From Ktedonobacterales bacterium (GTDB taxonomy: Bacteria > Chloroflexota > Ktedonobacteria > Ktedonobacterales > JADMIN01): a stretch of DNA of 64,000 bases. Of this stretch, positions 18,579 to 27,343 are shown one piece after another. The stretch spans positions 256,504 through 320,503 of the forward strand of contig CP126532.1 of the NCBI GenBank assembly GCA_030167145.1. Reading direction: 5' to 3'. The notes below the pieces were generated by a model. It saw only the letters and a list, made by a program, of their open reading frames with translations, was not told where the DNA came from and did not search any database. Position 1 is the first letter of the stretch. Each line of letters begins with the position of its first letter. A program made the position numbers and the translations under genes.

Positions 18579-19514
18579 TTGATGAGTGGACAGACTATTC
18601 ATTTTCGAGCTACGAAAGGACAAAGCTCAATGGATGTACGCTTCGACCTCTCACGCTTCGAGCCAGTGAATGGACAGAAACCTTTCCGTGTGCTGGATCG
18701 CCACCGTAGTGGCCGCGCAATTGCACTGCAATATGGTGGTGGGTCGGACAACGCCGCAGGTATCTGGGATTACGAGGCGGGCAAATTGCTTGGAGCAGGC
18801 GAAACAGCACTACCCATCTATACGTCCGGTAGCACTGTGCCCGCGCTCTGCTGGTCGGCTGATGGCAGGCAGGTCATCCTGTTGCGCGATCAGTATCATT
18901 ATCAACCGGAATTGCATCACATCATTGGATCGCCACTCCAGAGCGAATACACCCATTATTTGGAACGTTGGAGTTGGCCAGATTTAGAGCAGGTTGCCGT
19001 ATGTACAATTCAGCCACCAACGGGTTGGATGGAAACCATTGCCGTTTCACCTGACGGCGACCTTGCGGCCTTCACGTGGTGTGACCAGGATGGCACGGGC
19101 TTCGAGCTTGTGCGCCTCAGCTCTGATGGAGACGAACAGTTGCCAGCGGCGACATGCCAGCGCCAATACGAGTTGATCTATGAATTGGCGTTCAGCCCTG
19201 ATGGGCGCTATCTCGTGCTGACTGGTACCGGTTGGGAGATTCAATGGTGGACTGATGGTGGGGATCGCCTGGGGATGCCGTCAGAAGGCGGGCGACGTGA
19301 GGCTGGTTTCGTCGCCGTCTTCGATCTGGGGAAACGCACCTTGAAAGAACAGCGAATTGTCATAGATGTTCCGGCCGGCTGGCTCCCTTCTAACGAGAAC
19401 GCAACTGCGTTCTATACTCCTGGCCAGCCTCGATTTATCAACAGTGCAGAATTTGCTGTGCCACTGCAAACGGGGGAGGAACGGCTCTTCAGCATTGGAT
19501 TGTATCCTGCGTGA
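18579..19514 (+). CDS. hypothetical beta-propeller-like protein (repeated SPDG / WD40-like blades)
   Basis: 311-aa ORF. Recurrent blade-like motifs are CWSADGRQVILL, AVSPDGDLAAFTW and AFSPDGRYLVLTG. The real start is possibly MDVRFDL. The region looks AT-richer than its surroundings by eye. Confidence 0.5.
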   Translation: MMSGQTIHFRATKGQSSMDVRFDLSRFEPVNGQKPFRVLDRHRSGRAIALQYGGGSDNAAGIWDYEAGKLLGAGETALPIYTSGSTVPALCWSADGRQVILLRDQYHYQPELHHIIGSPLQSEYTHYLERWSWPDLEQVAVCTIQPPTGWMETIAVSPDGDLAAFTWCDQDGTGFELVRLSSDGDEQLPAATCQRQYELIYELAFSPDGRYLVLTGTGWEIQWWTDGGDRLGMPSEGGRREAGFVAVFDLGKRTLKEQRIVIDVPAGWLPSNENATAFYTPGQPRFINSAEFAVPLQTGEERLFSIGLYPA

Positions 19515-20787
19515 TCGCCGATGCGATGTGTTCCGCAGGTTCGCCGACGCCGAGGAGCAGGCCGGTTTGCTGCGAGGGCAGCCAGGGCATGCCGACGAAG
19601 TAGAGGCCAGGATGTGCTGTAACGCCGCGCGACTGGATAGGGAAGCCGTCGCCATCGAGCACGGGCAGCTTGATGAGGCTGAAATCGAAGGTGTAGCCGA
19701 TGGCCCAGATGATGGTATGGATGCCAGCGGCGCGCAGATCCAGGGAGGTGCGTTGCTCAGCCGCAAAGCCGTCGCGCAACTGTGATGATAGGTCGTCCCT
19801 GGCATCGGCAGGAGCATCCAGTCCAGTGCGCGCCACGTAGTCGTCTACCATCTTGAGAAGGTCGGTACCAAAATTATCGGCTTTGGCGAGATTCTCGTGT
19901 AGATCAGGCGCGAACGTCATGCTACTTTCGTCCGCGCCACGCACACGCCCTAGTAGTGTCACGCCGTCGCGGGCGAACTGGTGCAAGTTGAGCGAGTGGC
20001 CGCCAGCCTTCCCCGAAAGCTGGGGATTGCCCGCGAATTTGGGGCGGGAGGGCGGCAATTGATCTGCGGGACGAGCCAGGAAGCCGGTCTCGTGCAGCCA
20101 GGTGTACATGTCCTTGCCACGATAGCGCCGGGGGAGGCGGCCCGCGCTGCCAGTGGCGAGGTAGACTTTGCGCCCGCTCTGATATAGCTCTTCGGCGATT
20201 TGGCAGCCTGATTGGGCCGAACCGAGCACCAACACCGCGCCATCGGGAAGCGCGGCGGGGTTGCGGTAGGCGCCGGCATGGAGTTGGAGGATGTTGGCAG
20301 GCAAATCGGCGCTGAACGCGGGTATCTTGGGGCGTTGGAAGAGGCCAGTGGCGACGACGACATGCGCGGCGAGGAAGATGAGTGGCTCGCCGTCGCGCGT
20401 CTGGGCGTACACGCGATATGTTGGCCGGTCGCCACGGTTTGATTCAGGCGCAACTTCGGTGACACGCACACCATAGCGGATGGGCAGATGATGCTCGGCG
20501 ACGTAGCGGTCGAAATACGCGGTGAGTTGCTCGCGTGGAAGATAGCCATCGGGATCGTCGCCAGCATAGGCCGCGCCGGGCATACGGATGGACCAGTTGG
20601 GCGTGACGAGGGTGAAGGACTCCCAGCGGCCTGTATGCCAGATGTGCGCGGGACGGTCTGCCTGCTCAAGTACGAGATGCTCGTGGCCGCGCTGCGCCAG
20701 GCAATAGCTGGTGGCGAGGCCCCCCTGACCACCGCCGATGATAAGTGTCTCAATGCGCTGGGACTGCTCCATGTGCGCACCTCCCAA
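19489..20787 (-). CDS. FAD/NAD(P)-binding oxidoreductase (CzcO / flavin monooxygenase-like)
   Basis: First dinucleotide fold TLIIGGGQGGLATSYCLAQRG and second fold AVLVLGSAQSGCQIAEEL. The start is possibly the Met at 20772. The 3' end overlaps the convergent 18579 gene by 26 nt. Confidence 0.75.
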   Translation of the reverse strand: MGGAHMEQSQRIETLIIGGGQGGLATSYCLAQRGHEHLVLEQADRPAHIWHTGRWESFTLVTPNWSIRMPGAAYAGDDPDGYLPREQLTAYFDRYVAEHHLPIRYGVRVTEVAPESNRGDRPTYRVYAQTRDGEPLIFLAAHVVVATGLFQRPKIPAFSADLPANILQLHAGAYRNPAALPDGAVLVLGSAQSGCQIAEELYQSGRKVYLATGSAGRLPRRYRGKDMYTWLHETGFLARPADQLPPSRPKFAGNPQLSGKAGGHSLNLHQFARDGVTLLGRVRGADESSMTFAPDLHENLAKADNFGTDLLKMVDDYVARTGLDAPADARDDLSSQLRDGFAAEQRTSLDLRAAGIHTIIWAIGYTFDFSLIKLPVLDGDGFPIQSRGVTAHPGLYFVGMPWLPSQQTGLLLGVGEPAEHIASAITQDTIQC

Positions 20788-20940
20788 ACAGGCGACAACC
20801 GCAGCCGCGCCACAGGCGTCCGCCGACGCCCCTACGGATGGACGTGCAACGTGTCACTGTATATTGCGAACGCTAAGATGCAAGGCAGGGCAGGATAGCC
20901 GGAATGACGAGTCAAACGGAATAGGCTCTGCGCCACATTA

Positions 20941-22272
20941 CTATGCCACCCATTTTGGCACGTCGGCATCGGCAATTGCACTGGGAGCGCTCGCTGCGCC
21001 TGGGATTGAGGCGAGCTGCGGAGAACCGGGAACCTGGCGCAGTGGCAGCATTCCGTAGCGGATTTTGAGCATCAGGATGCGGCGGACCGATTGGTTGATG
21101 CGGTCTATGGTGATGCGACCGGAGGAGATGGCCTGCTTCAGGGCGGCGATCATGGCGCTCATCGAAGTGGTATCGTATGCGCCTTCGAGCAGGTCATCGC
21201 CTGCGATGACCGCCAGCACGCCCGCCTCTGGCAGTGAGTAGCGGTCGCTGATGCCTTTCATGTAGAGGCTGTCGGTCATGACGACGCCCTGATAGCCCAG
21301 TTGCCCACGCAGCACGCCATCCACGAGCTTGGGCGAGAGCGTCGCGGGCATGGTGGGGTCAATTGCGGAGACGATGATGTGCGTCACCATAATCATGCCG
21401 GGATTCAGGGGTAGCAGCGCCTTGAACGGCGCGAAATCCACCGATTGCAACTGCGCGAGGGTGCGGTCGTTGGTGGGCAGCGTTTCGTGAGGGTCAAGAG
21501 CGACATCGCCTAAGCCGGGCCAGTGCTTGACACAACCGATCACGCCGTTCGACTGAAGCCCTTGCAGAAACGCGCCCGCATAGGTGGTGACGGTCTGGGG
21601 GTCGTCGCCGAAGATGCGGGTGTATTCGACGGCGTAGGGATTTGTACGCACGTCGGCGACGGGGGCGAGGTCGGTATTGATGCCAAGGGCGATCATTTCT
21701 TTGGCGGCGGCAGCGCCCGCCCGCGTGGCGTTGTTGGGGTTGCCGCTGGCGGCAAGGTCTTGAGCGGCGGGCAGTGGAGGTTCGAAACCTAGGTAGCCCA
21801 GCCGATCTACGACGCCGCCCTCTTCATCCATGCTCATGAGCAATGGGATCTTGGCGTGCGCCTGGATGGCGGCGATGTAGCTCTGAAGCTGGCCGTAGGT
21901 GGCCATGTTCTGCTGGTAAATAATCATCGCGCCAGCATGCATGCCCGCGACCATGTTGTCGGTGTCGCCGTTATAGTTCTGCCAGCCAGTCTCAATGAGA
22001 AACATCTGGCCGAGCTTCTCATCCAACGACATGCGGCTGAGATACCAGTTGGCCGATGTGCTGAGACGCTGTTCGGCGCGGGCACGGCTCTCTACGGCGC
22101 TGTGCGACGACGATGCGCCGCCACCGCTGGGTGTTGCGCCAGGGGTATTGCCCGTCACCACCAGCGCATGGCCACTGGATGACGTGCCGCGCGCACAGGC
22201 GGAAAGCAACAAGCAGAACAAGGCGAGCAACACTACGCCCCGCAGCCTCAATTGCCGGATTCTATGCATCAT
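20941..22272 (-). CDS. glycoside hydrolase family 3 (beta-N-acetylhexosaminidase NagZ-like) lipoprotein
   Basis: The track ORF is 20941..22458. The start was placed at MMHRIRQLRLRGVVLLALFCLLLSACARG (lipobox). GH3 motifs are MSMDEEGGVVDRL and KHWPGLGDV. Confidence 0.8.
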   Translation of the reverse strand: MMHRIRQLRLRGVVLLALFCLLLSACARGTSSSGHALVVTGNTPGATPSGGGASSSHSAVESRARAEQRLSTSANWYLSRMSLDEKLGQMFLIETGWQNYNGDTDNMVAGMHAGAMIIYQQNMATYGQLQSYIAAIQAHAKIPLLMSMDEEGGVVDRLGYLGFEPPLPAAQDLAASGNPNNATRAGAAAAKEMIALGINTDLAPVADVRTNPYAVEYTRIFGDDPQTVTTYAGAFLQGLQSNGVIGCVKHWPGLGDVALDPHETLPTNDRTLAQLQSVDFAPFKALLPLNPGMIMVTHIIVSAIDPTMPATLSPKLVDGVLRGQLGYQGVVMTDSLYMKGISDRYSLPEAGVLAVIAGDDLLEGAYDTTSMSAMIAALKQAISSGRITIDRINQSVRRILMLKIRYGMLPLRQVPGSPQLASIPGAASAPSAIADADVPKWVA

Positions 22273-22536
22273 CCCACGCTCCCCGCCTTCTCTCACTGAT
22301 GTCTGGCTGTCATGATTGTGGCGAAATTGTGCTGCTATTGCGCTCGCAGCATGCATGCCGCGGCTCATCCTGCTTCGGTGTGCCTGCTGAATAGGCAAGC
22401 GACGCTGTTTGCCCTGGTGTGGGGCGACTACACGACGCTCAAACTTACCGATCCACACTGGGGTTTAGCCTGTTCCAAGAATGAGACGAATGGGATACGG
22501 TATATCACCATGATGCGCCAGTTACGGCTATGTGGC

Positions 22537-22773
22537 TCAGCGGCGACGCAACAAGATGAGCAGCAGATTGACGGCCACGGTGAGAACGAGGCTCAGGACG
22601 ATGCAGGTGACGATGGGGATGAAGATCGAGGTGTTGCCACGGCGGATGAGGATGTCGCCGGGGAGCCGCCCCAGGAACGGGATACGGCTGGCGACGAGGA
22701 AGAGCAGCCCCAGGGCAATGATGATGCCGCCGAAGGTCAACAGCATCTTGCCGAGATCGCTCAGTTCGGGCAT
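22537..22773 (-). CDS. DUF2905-family small membrane protein
   Basis: LGRLPGDILIRRGNTSIFIPIVTCIVLSLVLTVAVNLLL is the DUF2905 signature. The start was placed at MPELSDLG (22773) to avoid overlapping the HerA-like gene. Confidence 0.65.
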   Translation of the reverse strand: MPELSDLGKMLLTFGGIIIALGLLFLVASRIPFLGRLPGDILIRRGNTSIFIPIVTCIVLSLVLTVAVNLLLILLRRR

Positions 22774-22786
22774 GCTGGGTACTCCT

Positions 22787-24529
22787 TTACGTCTTGAAGA
22801 TTGAGAATCCGTCATTGTTGCGGGCGAGGATGGAGGTGTCGCGCTCGCGGGCTTCCGCCGCGTCTTCGCCGAAGTAGCGCTGCCACTCGTCCGGGGCGTC
22901 TTTGCTCTCGCCGCCGTGGGGCGTGATGCGCGTGCGGACGCGGCAGATGACGGGAGTATTGACGGCGCTGCCCGCGATGATGGCCTGGCCCTTGGAGAGC
23001 GAGGGCAGGTTGCCGAGCAGGTCGCGGCCTACCCCTTCTACCGCCGTCGCCACGCTCTTCTGGTCCACCTCGTTGACGATTCGCATGATGCACTGCGTCA
23101 GGCACTGGCTGAGCACGTCGGGGTCAAGCTTGCCAGGACGCTGGCTGATGAGGCCCATGCCGATGCCGAACTTGCGTCCCTCTGCAAGCACTTGCTTGAG
23201 AATATTGGTGGTGACGACCTCGCCACCGTGGGGGGCGAAGTGGTGGGCTTCTTCGAGCAAGACGAAAACGGGATAGGGCAGGTATTTTTCGTCGCCCTCA
23301 TGCACCTTGCCCTTTTCGGTGTCCAGCCGGGCGTTGTAGAGACGCCGCAGCAGAGTGGCGACGATAACTTGCTGGTCGCGCTCGTCAATTTCGTTGAGTT
23401 GCAGGACGGTACACTGGCCGGGCTGGAAGATTTCGCGTAGGTCGAGATGCTGGAAGGGATCGAAGACGAAGTTGTTCTCGCCGAGGCGCTCGTCAATCTT
23501 CCAACTGAGGGCGGCTTTGGTGCTGTTGCCGCTATCGTCGCCGCTCTGTTCGTTCTGTTCGTCCCCGACTTTGATGACGGCGTTCTTAAGGTCGGCGGCG
23601 GTCCAGGGTTGGCCTTTCTTGGCCTTCATCACGGCGTCATAGGCGCGGCCCAGGAAGTGATGCTGTTTTTCGGTGAGGCCGGGAAGCAGGTAACGCAGAT
23701 CGCCGATGGTGAGCGTGTTGAGACGGACTTTCACCTGATCGTGAAGGAAGACCTTGGCTTGCGCGCGGTAGCGGCTGCGGCGGCGCGAGCCGTTGGCCTC
23801 TGGCCCAGCGAATACGTTATGGTTAGGCAGTTCCTGGAGCGTGCCGTACTCGCCGTGGGGGTCCACAATCAGCACGGCGGCGCGATTGTAGGGCTTCATC
23901 AGTTCTTCGAGGAAGACGCTGGCCAGGTAACTCTTGCCGGAGCCGGTGCTGGCGATGATGGCGAGGTGGGTGCTGACGACATCTTTCACGTCCAGCACGA
24001 CGGGCACGGCGCCCTCGGCGCGGGTGAGCAGCGAGCCAACGGTGGCGCTGCCAACTCCGCCGCTGCGTTTGCGCGAGAGGACAGAGGCGAGCAGGGCATC
24101 ATCGGCAAGGAAGATAGGCGTGCCGGAGCTAGGCGGAATCCACGGGTTGACGAAGGTGCCAAGGGGAGCGTCATAGTAGCCGAGGATGGCGACATGCAAC
24201 TCGAAGAGATCGCTGGCACGGGAGTCGTAGCCGACGAGTTCGGCGACCTGGGCGGGCGGTACCTCTGGCTCGGAGAGGAAAGTGTCGGGATAGAGCTGCA
24301 CGGGCACGCGGTTGAGGATACGCCCCAGGACGCGGCGTGGCGTGGCGGGTGAAGATTTTGCGCCGTTGCCGCTGGGCGCATGGCCGTCTGCTGATTCTAG
24401 CTCGTAGTAGACGTACTCGCCATTTTTCAGCAGGCGCAGCTCATCGCGGGAGATGAAGGTGTATTCGTGGATGGTCTCGCCCGGCCCTTTGGTGATGCCG
24501 ACTGGCTTTTGGATACGTTCTTCTCGCAT
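22787..24529 (-). CDS. HerA-like (DUF87/COG0433) P-loop ATPase
   Basis: 580 aa. The N-terminal region is barrel-like. Walker A is IIASTGSGKSYLAS, followed by AAVLIVDPHGEY. Walker B is VFVLLEEAHHFAP. The C-terminal GLISQRPGKLDPDVLSQC is typical of HerA/FtsK-type hexameric ATPases. Confidence 0.8.
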   Translation of the reverse strand: MREERIQKPVGITKGPGETIHEYTFISRDELRLLKNGEYVYYELESADGHAPSGNGAKSSPATPRRVLGRILNRVPVQLYPDTFLSEPEVPPAQVAELVGYDSRASDLFELHVAILGYYDAPLGTFVNPWIPPSSGTPIFLADDALLASVLSRKRSGGVGSATVGSLLTRAEGAVPVVLDVKDVVSTHLAIIASTGSGKSYLASVFLEELMKPYNRAAVLIVDPHGEYGTLQELPNHNVFAGPEANGSRRRSRYRAQAKVFLHDQVKVRLNTLTIGDLRYLLPGLTEKQHHFLGRAYDAVMKAKKGQPWTAADLKNAVIKVGDEQNEQSGDDSGNSTKAALSWKIDERLGENNFVFDPFQHLDLREIFQPGQCTVLQLNEIDERDQQVIVATLLRRLYNARLDTEKGKVHEGDEKYLPYPVFVLLEEAHHFAPHGGEVVTTNILKQVLAEGRKFGIGMGLISQRPGKLDPDVLSQCLTQCIMRIVNEVDQKSVATAVEGVGRDLLGNLPSLSKGQAIIAGSAVNTPVICRVRTRITPHGGESKDAPDEWQRYFGEDAAEARERDTSILARNNDGFSIFKT

Positions 24530-24562
24530 GCTTGCCCCTCACACTTTTGGTTTCCAGCATGG

Positions 24563-25084
24563 CTACCTGTGGCACCAAACAGACACCGCCAGACATGATG
24601 GATATTGGCGAATCAACGAATAGGCCTTCTCTCTCAAATCATCCTTCTCTCTCAAATCTTGATTCTCATCTTCCGCTATGCTCCTTTTGTAGTCTTGCCA
24701 ATGCCAAATGCCATCGGCCGTAACGATTGCCGATGGGTCGAGGTCCATAGGAAGTTCTGGGACAGACCAGACATTTGTCTGCGAATCCAAGAAATCCCAA
24801 TCATCCCAATGCCCAACGGGGTTGGCGGTCATGATCCAGTATAGTCCGCCCTCATCTACTCCGCACTCGATGTGTCGCCGTACTTGTATCTGGCGACCTA
24901 TGTTCTCCAAGTCGCTGGTGGCTAACGACCATTGCCGGGCGAGATACTCAATGACAACTGCATCGAGATACTCTTTGTATGGTTCCACTTCGGTCATGAT
25001 GTCATATGGCTTCATGAGACGCTCGACCTCTGCCGTGATGTCTTCGGTGTCGCTGGAAACCAGCACTAGCGTCAGAAATTGCAT
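24563..25084 (-). CDS. hypothetical protein (173 aa), AT-richer insert in the HerA operon
   Basis: It is a clean ORF with an acidic protein-like sequence and a Trp-rich motif (ANPVGHWDDWDF...GIWHWQDY). An internal tandem duplication encodes DLREKDDLREK. I recognise no family. Confidence 0.5.
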   Translation of the reverse strand: MQFLTLVLVSSDTEDITAEVERLMKPYDIMTEVEPYKEYLDAVVIEYLARQWSLATSDLENIGRQIQVRRHIECGVDEGGLYWIMTANPVGHWDDWDFLDSQTNVWSVPELPMDLDPSAIVTADGIWHWQDYKRSIAEDENQDLREKDDLREKAYSLIRQYPSCLAVSVWCHR

Positions 25085-25185
25085 ATGATACTCACATTTT
25101 CTTCCGACAGCTATTAATCACAATACCCTCTCATGCGGCATTGCCTCCGGTATATCAAACATATAGGCACCGCGACAATGAAACA

Positions 25186-25920
25186 TCACCCTGCCGTCTG
25201 GACTTTGAGCTTCCAGGCGAAGTTGCGTTTGACGATGGAGAGCAGCGCGCGATTTTCGGGGAAGAGCCGTTCGAGCCGCTCAATGGTGCGCAGCATGGCC
25301 ATGGGCAGGAGCGGATTATCGAGAGCGATGGCGTGGGGCAGGTAGCCCATGTGCAGGTATGGGCGCACACCTCCGGGGGCGGCGTTGTCGGCAAAGTGGT
25401 GGAAGGCGCGCACGACTTCGTCGGGCAACGCGCAGACCTCAGCGCCAAGGTCGAGGGCGAGCGGCGGCACGCCATGCGCGACGTGCGGCGAACCGCCAGT
25501 GCGGGGCGTAAGCGTGCCGAGCAGCAGAATCGAGACGAGCACAGCGCGTTCGGAGATGTAGTCGGGGGCGAATAGCTCGTTCTGCTCGTCGTTGGAAAGC
25601 CGTGGGCCGAGGGAGCCAAAGGCGGGATTGACGAGAATAGTGTCGTAAATCAGTCCGATGGCCCAGCAGTCCTGGTGCGTTGTGTTGGCACGCCCGCGTG
25701 GCGCAGGCGGCGCAGGGAGGGTGTCGCTTGTGGGCGAGTCGAGCAGCGCGACATCGGCGCGGCCCGGCGAGATGCGCAACGGCATACGCACGAAACTGCC
25801 GAAGGCGTAGTCCGCTGGCTCTGGGGGAGCCGCGATCTCGCCCGCGCTGTAGACCTGGCACGTGTAGCGCACGTGCGATTCAGAGCGCACGATTTTGCCG
25901 ATAGCCACGCTCTCTGCCAT
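25186..25920 (-). CDS. hypothetical protein (244 aa), first gene of the HerA-like operon
   Basis: The track ORF is 25186..26223. Its Pro-rich N-terminal 101 aa overlap the amine oxidase gene, so I start at MAESVAIGKIVRSESHVRYTCQVY (ATG at 25920). The N-terminus resembles a small beta-barrel. I see no catalytic motif. Confidence 0.5.
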   Translation of the reverse strand: MAESVAIGKIVRSESHVRYTCQVYSAGEIAAPPEPADYAFGSFVRMPLRISPGRADVALLDSPTSDTLPAPPAPRGRANTTHQDCWAIGLIYDTILVNPAFGSLGPRLSNDEQNELFAPDYISERAVLVSILLLGTLTPRTGGSPHVAHGVPPLALDLGAEVCALPDEVVRAFHHFADNAAPGGVRPYLHMGYLPHAIALDNPLLPMAMLRTIERLERLFPENRALLSIVKRNFAWKLKVQTAG

Positions 25921-26002
25921 ACCCGTCGCCTCCCGCACAGATGTTCCAGTCCCTACCAGTATAGCATGTGGCAGGCGGCGCAAGGTACAGTGATTGCTCG
26001 TA

Positions 26003-27316
26003 TCAGGCGCTGAGGAAGGAGGAGGCGTGGTCGGCGGCGACTTTGCCGCTGATGAGGGCGCCTTCCATCCAGCCGGCCCAGCGGGTGGCGATGTCTGAGG
26101 TGGCGAAGGCGAGGCGGCCCTCGGGGGCGCGCAGCGCGGAGCCGAAGCGGGTGAGCTGTCCGGGGCGGTAGGCGACCCAGGTGCCGAGCGCGTAGGGGTC
26201 GGTACACCAGTCGTGAGCGTCAATGGCGAGGACTTCGGCGGTGGGGGCGAAGGCGGAAATGGCGCGCTGGACGGCGGGAAGCGAGGTGGTGTCCAGGGCG
26301 TCGGGATCGTGGCCGAAGCCGACCATCAGATTGCCCTCTGGCAGCACGGCATGAGTAGCGAGCCAGATCATGCCGGGGCCGTGTCCCGCGCCGTAGAAGG
26401 TTTCGGGCACGCCGTGGACCAGCGCCCAGACTTTGGCCATGTGGCCGGCGTGGCGTTCGGCGGCGGCGGTACGCTTGGCGTCGCTCAGCGGTGGGGAGAA
26501 TTCGATATTGGCGAGGCAGTTGAGCGGGACGGCGATGACGGCGGCGGACGCGGTGAAGGTTTCGCCGTCGTGGGTGGTGGCGGTGACGCCCTGGGCGTCC
26601 TGGGTGACGGCGCGAACGGGTGTGGAGGTGTAGAGCGCGGCGGTAGAGTCGCGCAGCATGGCGGCGATGGCGCTGCTTGTGCCCTGGGCAAACATCTCGC
26701 TTTCGCCAAGGTAGACGGCGATGGCGCTGTAGTTATAGGCGGCGACCCAGGAGAGCACGCTGAGGGTCGAGACCTCGGCAGCGGCACAGCCGAACATATT
26801 GGCGACAAAGGCGGTGATATAGTCGTGGGTGGCGGGGGGCAGGGAAAGCGGCGCGATGAAATCGGTGAAGGGGGTATCCAGGTCGGCGGGCGGATTGACG
26901 AGCGGGGCGTCAGCATCGAGGCGTTTGGCGGCGGTGATGGCAGCGTGCATCACGCGCTCAAGATCAAAGACTTCGTCGGGCGGGACGGGAAGGGCGCTGG
27001 TGAGCCGTTGCCCGCCGACAAGGGAGACGTAGGCGGTGGGGTCTACGATGTGCGAGATGGGCAGTCTGTAGCGGGCGATCTCTGCGGCGATGTGCGGCTG
27101 CCAGCGTGGAGCGATCCACTGGCCGCCGATCTCGACGCTGTGCTGTGTGCCCGCGAACGGGCGATACCATGTGCGCCCGCCAAGGCGGTCACGCGCTTCG
27201 AGGAGCGCGACGGAGCGCCCTTGCTCGCTCAGCGCACGAGCCGCCGCGACACCCGCGAACCCGCCGCCGATGACGAGCACGTCGTGGTGGCGATCTTCGC
27301 GGGCGGGCTGATCCAT
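26003..27316 (-). CDS. flavin-containing amine oxidase
   Basis: VLVIGGGFAGVAAARALSEQGRSVALLEARDRLGGR is the classic FAD fold plus GG motif of the amine oxidase family. 437 aa. Confidence 0.8.
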   Translation of the reverse strand: MDQPAREDRHHDVLVIGGGFAGVAAARALSEQGRSVALLEARDRLGGRTWYRPFAGTQHSVEIGGQWIAPRWQPHIAAEIARYRLPISHIVDPTAYVSLVGGQRLTSALPVPPDEVFDLERVMHAAITAAKRLDADAPLVNPPADLDTPFTDFIAPLSLPPATHDYITAFVANMFGCAAAEVSTLSVLSWVAAYNYSAIAVYLGESEMFAQGTSSAIAAMLRDSTAALYTSTPVRAVTQDAQGVTATTHDGETFTASAAVIAVPLNCLANIEFSPPLSDAKRTAAAERHAGHMAKVWALVHGVPETFYGAGHGPGMIWLATHAVLPEGNLMVGFGHDPDALDTTSLPAVQRAISAFAPTAEVLAIDAHDWCTDPYALGTWVAYRPGQLTRFGSALRAPEGRLAFATSDIATRWAGWMEGALISGKVAADHASSFLSA

Positions 27317-27343
27317 GGACGATCTCCTACGCGGGTGAATAGA

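Noticed and set aside
25921-26223. The Pro/Ser/Ala-rich N-terminal 101 aa of track ORF 25186..26223.
   Set aside because: It overlaps the 3' end of the amine oxidase gene and is low complexity. The internal Met at 25920 begins the protein-like sequence.
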